Origin: Alphaproteobacteria bacterium
Lineage (GTDB): Bacteria > Pseudomonadota > Alphaproteobacteria > Micavibrionales > UBA2020
Assembly (NCBI GenBank): GCA_041743265.1
Contig: JBGTNC010000294.1
Span: 1 to 34,238 of the forward strand
Reading direction: 5' to 3'
Length of the DNA stretch: 34,238 nt
This document shows, piece by piece, positions 1 to 8,131 of the stretch. Within the stretch, counting starts at the first letter, position 1. Each line of letters starts with the position of its first letter. The notes beneath the pieces are model-generated. The model was not told the origin of the DNA, ran no database searches, and saw nothing but the letters and a program-made list of their open reading frames with translations. Position numbers and translations under genes: made by a program.

Positions 1-1
1 C

Positions 2-847
2 TGGGATGGAAATGAAACATGGCTGGTACTGGGCGGCGGCGGGCTCTTCGCCGCGTTCCCGTTGGCATACGCAATTGTGATGCCGGCCCTTTATATTCCC
101 GTCATTGTCATGCTGCTTTGTCTGATCTTCAGGGGCGTGGCTTTTGAATTTCGTTTCAAGGCAGAGCGGTCGAAAAAATTGTGGGATATAGCGTTTCATT
201 TCGGCTCCCTTGGCGCGGCGTTCATGCAGGGGATTATTCTGGGCGGCTTGGTGCAGGGTATTTCTGTTGACGGGCGCAGCTTTTCAGGCGGCGCGTTTGA
301 TTGGTTGACGGCGTTTAGCATCATGACAGGCCTGGGCGTTGTGGCCGGGTATGTTTTGTTAGGTGCCACGTGGCTGATCATGAAAAGCGATGGCGAGACG
401 CAAGCTTGGGCACGCCGCGCAGCGAAATATATTTTGCTGTTTGTTGCTTTGTTTATGGGGCTTGTCAGTCTGTGGGTGCCGTTTTTGGATAACGCTATTC
501 ATGCACGTTGGTTTCACCCGTCATTTTTCTTTTGGCTGCTGCCTATTCCGTTACTGACGTTGTTGTTCTTTATTCGTCTGATTGTGGGGCTGCGCCGTGA
601 AGAGGAATACAGCCCGTTCTTGTGCAGCATTGCGCTGTTCTTTCTGGGGTATCTGGGGCTCGGTGTCAGCCTGTGGCCGTGGATTGTGCCATTTAAAGTG
701 ACTTTGGCCCAAGCCGCCGCAGCGCCGGAATCTCTCTCGCTGCTGTTGGTGGGGGCGGTTGTGATGTTGCCGATTATTCTGAGCTATACCGCTTATTGCT
801 ATTACATCTTCCGGGGTAAAGCGCCGCATGAAGCCAGCTACGGATAG
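2..847 (+). CDS. cydB: Cytochrome bd-type quinol oxidase subunit II (CydB), 5'-truncated by the window edge
   Basis: The frame is open from nt 2 (WDGNETWLVLGGGGLFAAFPLAYAIVMP...), matching the conserved CydB WDGNE-WL segment. Several hydrophobic helices follow, and the stop is TAG at 845-847. The track ORF 62..847 is the same frame. Confidence 0.9.
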   Translation, partial: WDGNETWLVLGGGGLFAAFPLAYAIVMPALYIPVIVMLLCLIFRGVAFEFRFKAERSKKLWDIAFHFGSLGAAFMQGIILGGLVQGISVDGRSFSGGAFDWLTAFSIMTGLGVVAGYVLLGATWLIMKSDGETQAWARRAAKYILLFVALFMGLVSLWVPFLDNAIHARWFHPSFFFWLLPIPLLTLLFFIRLIVGLRREEEYSPFLCSIALFFLGYLGLGVSLWPWIVPFKVTLAQAAAAPESLSLLLVGAVVMLPIILSYTAYCYYIFRGKAPHEASYG

Positions 848-980
848 ATTGCGCGGGGCCTTCTGCCGCCTGTCGCCCAAAACGCGCCAGTGGCTGTGGT
901 TTACAGCTTTGTGGCTCTGCGGGTTTGCCGTGGTGGGGGCTATATCTTTAATGGTGAAACTGATTATGTCTTTTGCATAA
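828..980 (+). CDS. Small (50 aa) membrane protein, DUF2474-like, cyd-operon associated
   Basis: Hand translation: ATG at 828 overlaps the last 20 nt of cydB and gives MKPATDRLRGAFCRLSPKTRQWLWFTALWLCGFAVVGAISLMVKLIMSFA*. It has one TM helix preceded by a basic W-containing segment. I recall this pattern for the small DUF2474 proteins found just downstream of cydB. It is too short for the ORF track. TTG at 849 is an alternative start. Confidence 0.45.
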   Translation: MKPATDRLRGAFCRLSPKTRQWLWFTALWLCGFAVVGAISLMVKLIMSFA

Positions 981-1021
981 CCTGCGCTGGCTTGCGGTAT
1001 TTCTCAAAAATTCGTATAACG

Positions 1022-1052
1022 GACAGCGCAGAACATGAATGTCTGCGCTGTC
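1022..1052. repeat. Perfect 11-bp inverted repeat (GACAGCGCAGA, 9-nt loop, TCTGCGCTGTC) between the cyd cluster and the MscS gene
   Basis: Read directly: the arms are 1022-1032 and 1042-1052 and the loop is ACATGAATG. No U-tract follows on the + strand, so this could be a U-less terminator or attenuator, or a protein-binding palindrome. Confidence 0.7.
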
Positions 1053-1089
1053 GGCGCGATAACAAAAATAGAGAATTAAAAGGTGATAC

Positions 1090-1980
1090 ATGGAAGCCAA
1101 TCTGCCAGCTGATTTTAACGAAGGCCTGAAGATACTGCAAAACAACATGCCGTTTTTTCTGGAACTGGGCATGCGTCTTCTTAGCGCCTTGGTGATTGTG
1201 GTTGTTGGCTGGATGCTCGGTAATTGGGCGCAACGCCGCATCACGAATATTAAACGTCTGGATGCCACGCTCAGCAGCTTCATGGGCGGGTTTTTGAAAT
1301 ATGTGGTGCTGGCGATTGCGCTGATCACGGTGCTGGGTCAGTTCGGCGTGCAAACGGCAAGCCTGCTGGCGGTCTTGGGTGCTGCGGGTTTGGCCATCGG
1401 CCTTGCCATGCAGGGCACGCTGTCGAATGTGGCGGCGGGTGCCATGATGCTGGTGCTGCGTCCGTTTAATGTCGGCGATTATATTCAAGTGGGCGGTGTC
1501 AATGGTATTGGCGGCACGGTGAAACTGCTGGGACTTTTCGGCACAGAAATGGCCACCCCCGATAACGTTTATATTTTTGTGCCCAACGGTAAAATTTGGG
1601 GCAATGATATCTGGAACTATTCGCGCAACCCTGTGCGCCGTCAGGATTTGAATGTCGGCATCAGCTATGGCGATGACATCAACAAAGCCTTTGCGATCGT
1701 GCAAGAAATTCTCGATAACGAACCGCGTGTTGTGAAGGACATGCCGGATCGCCCGGCCGAAGTGATGGCGAGCGCCATGAGCGATTTTTCGATTGATCTC
1801 ATTGTACGTTTCTGGTGCGCGCGTGAAAATTATTGGGCGCTGAAGTGGTCTTTGACCAAGCAGATCAAAGAAGCCTTTGATGCGGGTGGTATTACCATTC
1901 CGTTCCCCACGCGCACCATCAATATGGTTTCCAAAGATCAGGATGCCGAAAAATCTCTGCCAAAATCCGCAGCACAGTAA
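1090..1980 (+). CDS. Small-conductance mechanosensitive channel, MscS family
   Basis: 296 aa with N-terminal TM helices, then the pore-helix and beta-domain signature ...GVQTASLLAVLGAAGLAIGLAMQGTLSNVAAGAMMLVLRPFNVGDYIQV...G.V..LGLF.T...TPDN..IFVPNGKIW, typical of MscS. Confidence 0.9.
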   Translation: MEANLPADFNEGLKILQNNMPFFLELGMRLLSALVIVVVGWMLGNWAQRRITNIKRLDATLSSFMGGFLKYVVLAIALITVLGQFGVQTASLLAVLGAAGLAIGLAMQGTLSNVAAGAMMLVLRPFNVGDYIQVGGVNGIGGTVKLLGLFGTEMATPDNVYIFVPNGKIWGNDIWNYSRNPVRRQDLNVGISYGDDINKAFAIVQEILDNEPRVVKDMPDRPAEVMASAMSDFSIDLIVRFWCARENYWALKWSLTKQIKEAFDAGGITIPFPTRTINMVSKDQDAEKSLPKSAAQ

Positions 1981-1992
1981 CAGGATATTTTT

Positions 1993-2787
1993 ATGAACAT
2001 GCAAGCATGGCCTCGGCAAAAACGTCTTTTCCTTTTGCTGGGTGCGGCCTTGCTGGCTGTCATCGGCATGTTTATGGTGCCGCCAATCGCGCAAGATCTG
2101 GCCTACCATGATTTTATCGACCCGCGCCGGCTTTGGGGTATTCCCAATTTCGGCGATGTCATGAGCAATCTGCCCTTTGCGATTGTAGGGCTTGCAGGCT
2201 TGCGGTTTTTACACCACACACACCGGCTGTTTGATGACAGAGCGGCGTTTCGCTTGTGGATTGTTTTTTTCGTGGGCGTGTTTCTGGTAGCGTTTGGCTC
2301 GGGCTATTATCACTGGGCGCCGGATAACCATACCCTTGTCTGGGACCGCATCCCGATGACAATCGCCTTCATGTCGCTGTTTTGTTTGATTGTGCTGCGG
2401 CATATTGATCGTCAAGCGGGTATCAAACTGTTTGCACCCTTGTTGGTCATCGGCATCAGCAGTGTTTTTTATTGGGATTATACCGAAAGCATCGGGCAGG
2501 GGGATTTGCGTCCCTATGCGCTGGTGCAGTTCTTGCCAATGATTTTGATCCCGCTGATCCTCTGGCTGTTTCCGGCCACGAATGCGGGGGTGCGCTATTT
2601 GCTCTGGACGTTAGGTTTTTATATGTTCGCCAAAGTGCTGGAGCATTTTGATGCTGGGTTTTTCCACCTGTTGGGCGATACCGTCAGCGGCCATAGTCTG
2701 AAGCATGTATCGGCCGCGATTGCGGTGGGTTGCCTGCTACCCTACGTCAGGCTTTTTGCGCGTGAGGGCACGTCTGGCGACGCTTAA
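1993..2787 (+). CDS. Ceramidase-like (alkaline phytoceramidase family) polytopic membrane protein
   Basis: 264 aa with about 7 TM segments. The N-terminal motif AYHDFIDPRRLWGIPNFGDVMSNLPFAIVG and an internal YYHW resemble bacterial members of the alkaline ceramidase family, as recalled. The gene starts 12 nt after the MscS stop. Confidence 0.6.
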   Translation: MNMQAWPRQKRLFLLLGAALLAVIGMFMVPPIAQDLAYHDFIDPRRLWGIPNFGDVMSNLPFAIVGLAGLRFLHHTHRLFDDRAAFRLWIVFFVGVFLVAFGSGYYHWAPDNHTLVWDRIPMTIAFMSLFCLIVLRHIDRQAGIKLFAPLLVIGISSVFYWDYTESIGQGDLRPYALVQFLPMILIPLILWLFPATNAGVRYLLWTLGFYMFAKVLEHFDAGFFHLLGDTVSGHSLKHVSAAIAVGCLLPYVRLFAREGTSGDA

Positions 2788-2865
2788 GTTTACCTAAAGC
2801 TGGATTTGCTATTTTTTCTGTCTTTGCAGGGCGATTTTGCGCATCTTTTGGTCTAGACTGATGTG

Positions 2866-4206
2866 ATGGATACAGACGTCACAAAAACATCAAAGAAAAA
2901 AATGCCCATGTGGGCGCAAATGCTGCTGGGCATGCTCTTGGGTGTGCTGGTCGGCCTTGCTGTCGCACCGGAGGGGGTATTTGCCCTGCCGCCAGATGTT
3001 CTGGTGCCGGTGACGGATTGGATCATGTTGCCCGCGCGGCTTTTCCTCGCCTTCATCACCATGATTGTGGTGCCGCTGGTTTTTTGCTCCATCTTGCTGG
3101 CGATGACGGAAAGTGGCGGTTTTACATTTTTACGTACCATCGGTTTGCGCGTCGCACTTTATTTTGTGGCGACGACCACGATTGCCGTGATGCTGGGTAT
3201 CTTTTTAAGCCAGACAATGAACCCCGCGCAGCATGTGCCGGAAAGCTGGCTTGCCAGTCATACTGTCGGTGTTGAAACACTGGCCGATGCAGTGGGGCAG
3301 GCCACGGGCCATAGCTCTATTCCCAAAATGGTGGTATCACTTGTGCCGACCAATCCCGCGTCCTCTATCTTGCAACAGGAAATGTTGCAGATTGTGATTG
3401 GCGCTATTATTGCAGGCTTGGCACTTGTATCTATGGCGCGCAAGGATGCAGACCCGCTCATCAATGTCTGTAAATCGGTGCAGGGTATTTGTATGAAGGT
3501 GGTGCACTGCGCTATGCTGATGGCGCCTGTTGCCGTATTTGGCTTTCTGTTCCGGCTAACCGTGGAAACGGGGCCTGAAATGCTACAGGCCCTTTCTTGG
3601 TATATCACCACGGTGCTTGTGGGGCTTTTGTGCCTGATGCTTTTGTATTTGCTGCTGGTCACCTTTGTGGCGCGGCGGGATCCGATTGCGTTTCTGCGTC
3701 ATATCCGCGATGCGCAGTTGCTGGCTTTTTCCAGTTCCAGCTCTGCGGCGACCATGCCTGTCTCGCTCTCGACGGCTGAAAACAAGCTGGGGGTGGAGCC
3801 GGAAGTGGCGCGGCTTGTTATTCCACTGGGCACAACCATCAATATGGATGGCACTGCGATTTATCAGATGATTGTGGCGTTGTTTCTAACACAAATCATG
3901 GGGATTGATCTAAGCCTTGGCCAGACGGTTGTGTTGGCTGTGACTATCATCGGCGCGTCTATCGGCTCTCCCGGCAGTCCAGGCGTGGGGCTGGTTATTC
4001 TCTCGACCATTCTTGCCAACATCGGCATTCCACCCGAAGCCATTGGTATTATCCTGAGCGTGGATCGCTTGCTGGATATGTGCCGTACCACGGTGAATGT
4101 CACGGGTGATTTAACAGCGGCTGTTGTCATGGATCGCTGGGCGCAAAAAAAGAACAATAAGACGAAGACGAAGACGAAGACCGAGGCCGGGGCCGGGGCT
4201 GCTTAA
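2866..4206 (+). CDS. Dicarboxylate/amino acid:cation symporter (DAACS family, GltP/DctA-like)
   Basis: Polytopic membrane protein with family motifs ...AFSSSSSAATMPVSL..., PLGTTINMDGTAIYQ and DRLLDMCRTTVNVTGD. I chose the ATG at 2866; the track begins one codon earlier at GTG 2863. It carries an unusual KTKTKTKTEAGAGAA tail. Confidence 0.9.
   Translation: MDTDVTKTSKKKMPMWAQMLLGMLLGVLVGLAVAPEGVFALPPDVLVPVTDWIMLPARLFLAFITMIVVPLVFCSILLAMTESGGFTFLRTIGLRVALYFVATTTIAVMLGIFLSQTMNPAQHVPESWLASHTVGVETLADAVGQATGHSSIPKMVVSLVPTNPASSILQQEMLQIVIGAIIAGLALVSMARKDADPLINVCKSVQGICMKVVHCAMLMAPVAVFGFLFRLTVETGPEMLQALSWYITTVLVGLLCLMLLYLLLVTFVARRDPIAFLRHIRDAQLLAFSSSSSAATMPVSLSTAENKLGVEPEVARLVIPLGTTINMDGTAIYQMIVALFLTQIMGIDLSLGQTVVLAVTIIGASIGSPGSPGVGLVILSTILANIGIPPEAIGIILSVDRLLDMCRTTVNVTGDLTAAVVMDRWAQKKNNKTKTKTKTEAGAGAA
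4159..4200 (+). repeat. In-frame hexanucleotide tandem repeat (AAGACG x3 plus AAGACC, then GGCCGG x2) encoding the KTKTKTKT-EAGAGA tail of the symporter
   Basis: Read directly from the sequence at 4159-4200. Confidence 0.8.
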
Positions 4207-4240
4207 AAATAACTCTCACACCTGAAAGTGCTGGTACAGC

Positions 4241-5602
4241 ATGAAGCTAACTTTTCTGGGCGCAGCGGGCACGGTAACGGGCTCCAAATATTTGCTGGAA
4301 GATGACAATCGTAAAATTCTAATCGATTGTGGCCTGTTTCAGGGCCGTAAAGAACTGCGCGAGATGAACTGGGCGGAACCACCGTTCGACCCCGCAGATA
4401 TTGATGCGATTTTGCTCACCCATGCACATATTGACCATAGCGGGTATATTCCGAAGCTGGTCAAAGAAGGTTTTGGCGGGCCGATTTATTGCACCGAGGC
4501 GACCGCAGATTTATGCAGCATCTTGTTGCCCGACAGCGGTTATTTGCAAGAAGAAGACGCCGCCGCTGCCAACCACCACGGTTATTCCAAGCATGAACCC
4601 GCATTAGCGCTCTATACGCAAGAAGATGCACAAATCTCGCTGGAACAATTGCGACCCATTGAATTTGGCAAACGCTATGGACTGCCCAATAGTTTGCTTG
4701 GTTTTACCATGTACCGTGCAGGGCATATTCTGGGTGCGGCTTTTATCCGGTTAGATGATGGCATGACCTCGATTTTATTCAGCGGTGATATTGGCCGTTT
4801 GAATAGCCCCGTGATGAAAACACCTGCAAAAATACAGTCAGCAGATTATCTGATTGTTGAATCAACCTATGGCGACCGTCTGCATACGCAAGATGACCCC
4901 GTGGAAGATATTGGTAATATCATTAAGCGTACGGCAGCGCGTGGTGGCTCCGTTGTTATTCCGGCCTTTGCTGTCGGTCGTACGCAGGAAATCATGTATC
5001 ACCTGTTTGTCTTGAAACAAAAACGCATGATTCCGGATTTACCGATTTTTCTGGATAGCCCCATGGCCATCCGCGCGACAGAGCTTTTGCAGCGCCATCC
5101 GGCAGACCATCGTCTCAGTCCTGAAATCTGCGCAGGTGTATCGGCCATTGCGCGTTATTCGCAAACAACAGATGAGTCGAAGGCGATTAATACCAGCGAA
5201 AATATCCCGAAGGTGATTATTTCCGCAAGCGGTATGGCAACCGGCGGGCGTGTCTTGCATCACCTGAAACATTATGTGGGGGATGAGCGCAATACGATTT
5301 TATTTGCCGGCTATCAAGCAGATGGCACGCGTGGCGATAAACTGGTGCATGGCGATAAAGAAATTTCCATCCACGGCCAAATGTGGCCCGTACGGGCAGA
5401 GATTGTCCAATTGCACAATATGTCTGCCCATGCAGATTATGCTGAAATCATGACATGGCTGGGCCATTTCAATGCACCGCCGCGTAAGACATTTATTGTG
5501 CACGGGGAAGATATTGCGGCCCATGCCCTGCGTGATCGTATCGCCAATACGCTGGAATGGGATGCGCATGTGCCGGTACATGGCGAAACAGTCGAGTTGT
5601 AA
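4241..5602 (+). CDS. MBL-fold metallo-hydrolase of the beta-CASP family (CPSF73/RNase J-like nuclease with an RNA-specificity C-terminal domain)
   Basis: 453 aa. The N-terminus MKLTFLGAAGTVTGSKYLLE...ILIDCGLFQG and the HxHxDH motif (THAHIDHSGYIP) are followed by ESTYGDR, a beta-CASP-like middle region and a C-terminal ...SAHADY.E...W... motif, as in beta-CASP nucleases. Confidence 0.85.
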   Translation: MKLTFLGAAGTVTGSKYLLEDDNRKILIDCGLFQGRKELREMNWAEPPFDPADIDAILLTHAHIDHSGYIPKLVKEGFGGPIYCTEATADLCSILLPDSGYLQEEDAAAANHHGYSKHEPALALYTQEDAQISLEQLRPIEFGKRYGLPNSLLGFTMYRAGHILGAAFIRLDDGMTSILFSGDIGRLNSPVMKTPAKIQSADYLIVESTYGDRLHTQDDPVEDIGNIIKRTAARGGSVVIPAFAVGRTQEIMYHLFVLKQKRMIPDLPIFLDSPMAIRATELLQRHPADHRLSPEICAGVSAIARYSQTTDESKAINTSENIPKVIISASGMATGGRVLHHLKHYVGDERNTILFAGYQADGTRGDKLVHGDKEISIHGQMWPVRAEIVQLHNMSAHADYAEIMTWLGHFNAPPRKTFIVHGEDIAAHALRDRIANTLEWDAHVPVHGETVEL

Positions 5603-5617
5603 AAGCGGAGGCTAGGC

Positions 5618-7012
5618 ATGGTGCCAGTTAAATATCTAAATCTTTATCGTAACGTCAAAGGCCGTATGGATCTGTTACGGTTCTTGTTCCGCTGGGACAG
5701 TGATTACCGCAAAGATTTGATGATTACCGTGCTGGCCTTTGTGCTCTTGACCTATTCCATGTTTGATATTGATGACTGGATGGATTGGATCGCCATGGCG
5801 ATCGAAGCGGGCATTATTATGTTGCAGTTGGGCAGTGAACTTTCCATTCTGCCGCGCGATTATCGTCCGTCTTATAGCGGTGTGCGCTATACGGCGGAGG
5901 CGGGCACGCATATTGCCTATGATGAACAAAGTTATTTGATGTCCGGTGTGTATCCGGCTGTGGTCGAAGAAATGCTGGGCTTTCATTATCCGGCGGCTCT
6001 CATCGGCCTGTGTCGCGAAAGTCCGTTGGTCAGCCCAACGTTTGATGATTCTTTGATGTTGAAGCATAAAATCACCGTGCGTATTGATGCGCGCAATGTG
6101 CGCTATATCCGCTCCCGCCACCAGATACGTTATATCGCCATTCGGGTTGCGGATAAATTGCAGCATACGACGAATGGTGTGAAGCTGGCCCTGCACGCCA
6201 TGGCCGATGCGTTGATTGCAGATTGGCCCGTATCTTTGCGTAAATCATATTATTTTGATGCATTGTTGACAGCGGAAGCGTTCCGCAGCCGTGTGTTTCG
6301 CAATAATATCGATGGGGAGCGTGAGGTCTATACGGATCTATCCAGCTATTTCCCCGTCTATAAAGAACGCATTGACGGTCAGGATAGCGTGCGGTTTGTG
6401 AATGATTTTCACGAACAGGTTTCGGGCCATATCGGCATTACCGCTTTGTTGCTGACGGAGAACAGGCGTGTAGCAATGTTGTTTCAAGGCTCGGGCAAGG
6501 CGATTGGCTCGCGTTCGGTCAGTCTGGGTGGCTCTGGCTCTTTGGACTATAACGACATGGAACGTGCGACCAATCCGGAAGACCTGCGTGATATCGTGCT
6601 GCAAGGCATGGCGCGCGAAGCTGCCGAAGAAACCGGTATGATTGAATGGGAAGGTGATATTCGCGGCAACGTTATGCTGACAGGGTTCTTCCGCTGGATT
6701 GACCGTTGTGGCAAGCCTGAATTTGTGGGCATTGTGCGCTCGTGTAGTATTCCGTTTGCAGAAAAGCAGGCGATTGATGGTGATGAAGTGATCGGCTTCG
6801 AAGAAATCCCTGTAACCGTGAATTGCATGGATGATTTTATCGAGGTCATGCGCTATGTGCGGGATCAGGAAATCAATCTATCGCTTTCATCACTCATGGC
6901 GTTATATCGCATGGTGGTTGTGGCGCGGTATAATTCCCCCACAGCGACAGACACGCAACGCCGTATTTATCAAATGGTGTCCGAATTCTTGTTCAGCGAC
7001 GCAAAGGCGTAA
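5618..7012 (+). CDS. Uncharacterised protein: two N-terminal TM helices, an unassigned ~200-aa region and a C-terminal Nudix-hydrolase-like domain
   Basis: The ATG at 5618 lies 6 nt after a GGAGG (5607-5611) and 15 nt after the upstream stop. Hydrophobic helices span aa ~34-49 and ~55-72. A Nudix-box-like segment G304-M341 (nt 6527-6640), GGSGSLDYNDMERATNPEDLRDIVLQGMAREAAEETGM, contains the core REx2EExG(U). Confidence 0.75.
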   Translation: MVPVKYLNLYRNVKGRMDLLRFLFRWDSDYRKDLMITVLAFVLLTYSMFDIDDWMDWIAMAIEAGIIMLQLGSELSILPRDYRPSYSGVRYTAEAGTHIAYDEQSYLMSGVYPAVVEEMLGFHYPAALIGLCRESPLVSPTFDDSLMLKHKITVRIDARNVRYIRSRHQIRYIAIRVADKLQHTTNGVKLALHAMADALIADWPVSLRKSYYFDALLTAEAFRSRVFRNNIDGEREVYTDLSSYFPVYKERIDGQDSVRFVNDFHEQVSGHIGITALLLTENRRVAMLFQGSGKAIGSRSVSLGGSGSLDYNDMERATNPEDLRDIVLQGMAREAAEETGMIEWEGDIRGNVMLTGFFRWIDRCGKPEFVGIVRSCSIPFAEKQAIDGDEVIGFEEIPVTVNCMDDFIEVMRYVRDQEINLSLSSLMALYRMVVVARYNSPTATDTQRRIYQMVSEFLFSDAKA

Positions 7013-7015
7013 ATT

Positions 7016-8005
7016 TTAAGACCAGATAACATCTGTGACGCCCGTTTCGGTGCCGCGCCAGTTTTTCAAAACGGGCAGGGCCGTGGGGCGTATGGCATCC
7101 AGCGTTTCTTCTGTGGCCAAGGTGTGTTTTTGCAGCAGGCCGTAAAGGGCCGCCTGTCCTGCGCGGCCCGCGCCATCTTCGGTTTTAAGGGCAATCACCG
7201 TATCATGTTCGGGAATAACGGCGATGTAGGTACCTTCCGCGCCAATCTTGCACATGATTTTTCCTTTGGCTGCCTGCATCAATAGCGTATCCAGCCGCCC
7301 TGTACCGGCGACATGCATCGGATGATCAACCATCGCTTGAAACAGGTGACGGCAGGCGGTGCCGCGCTGAAATGACAAGCTCTCCACCTGCATGAAATTG
7401 GCAAAACCATGCGCAAGTGCCGAAAGCGGCATGGCGGGGTTCGGGGCGGAACAACCATCAATACCGCAGCAAGCGGGCGTGATGTCTTCTCCGCACACTT
7501 GCGCAATGGTGCCGAGGATCATTTTTTGCAACGGATGATTTTCTTGTGTATAGCCTTTGATATCAAAACCCATATGCAGCGCAAGGGTCAGCATGCCGGC
7601 GTGTTTGCCGGAGCAGTTATTGGCAAGCGGGCGGGCGGTGGCTGCCGCATCGATATAAGGCACTTGCGCGCCGCATTCCAGATCATCTTCGCTCAAGCCA
7701 ATGCGGGCCAGCCATGCGGCCACGGCTTGCACATGCAAGTCTTCGCCGTTGTGGGAGGCGCAGGCCAGGGCAATTTCCGCATCGCTCAGCGCGAAGGCCG
7801 CAGCCGCGCCGCTTTCCATCAAGGCCAGTGCTTGCAAAGGCTTGAGGGTGGAGCGTGTGAACGTCATGCGCGCGGCATCGCCGTAGCTGGCCGTGACTTT
7901 GCCCTCTGCGTTCATTAAAACAGCATGCACGCTATGGCGGCTTTCAACGAGGCTGCCGCGCGAGAGTGTGACGGTGATGGGGGCAGAAGGGGCGGAGGCG
8001 GGCAT
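7016..8005 (-). CDS. Asparaginase family protein (type II, Rhizobium-type asparaginase fold)
   Basis: MPASAPSAPITVTLSRGSLVESRHSVHAVLMNAEGKV...TFTRSTLKPLQALAL...CASHNGE...CSGKHAGML matches the Asparaginase_II family pattern. I set the start at the ATG at 8005. The track ORF to 8371 is an unsupported upstream extension that would run through the divergent neighbour. Confidence 0.85.
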   Translation of the reverse strand: MPASAPSAPITVTLSRGSLVESRHSVHAVLMNAEGKVTASYGDAARMTFTRSTLKPLQALALMESGAAAAFALSDAEIALACASHNGEDLHVQAVAAWLARIGLSEDDLECGAQVPYIDAAATARPLANNCSGKHAGMLTLALHMGFDIKGYTQENHPLQKMILGTIAQVCGEDITPACCGIDGCSAPNPAMPLSALAHGFANFMQVESLSFQRGTACRHLFQAMVDHPMHVAGTGRLDTLLMQAAKGKIMCKIGAEGTYIAVIPEHDTVIALKTEDGAGRAGQAALYGLLQKHTLATEETLDAIRPTALPVLKNWRGTETGVTDVIWS

Positions 8006-8085
8006 AAGGGGGCTTTCAAGAGATATGAGGCATTCCCGCACAGAATAGGCCAAAAGCCTGTACAGGCGAGTTTTTTTTGTTCTGC

Positions 8086-8115
8086 TTGACAACAGGGGGT
8101 GGTTTTTCCTAATGT
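8086..8115 (+). promoter_or_regulatory. Candidate sigma70-type promoter (TTGACA, 18-nt spacer, TAATGT) for the HAD gene
   Basis: TTGACA is at 8086-8091 and TAATGT at 8110-8115, 17 nt upstream of the ATG at 8132. This is a pattern match only. Confidence 0.3.
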
Positions 8116-8131
8116 GACGGCTGGAGGTATT

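Noticed and set aside
890-1129. 79-aa + strand ORF downstream of cydB
   Set aside because: The product is Cys/Arg-rich and motif-free, and it runs through the 11-bp hairpin into the MscS start. The overlapping DUF2474-like frame (828-980) explains the region better.
964-2109. 381-aa minus-strand ORF covering the whole MscS gene
   Set aside because: It is antisense to a gene with clear family motifs. The product is Arg/His/Gln-rich low-complexity sequence with no recognisable motif, typical of a shadow ORF.
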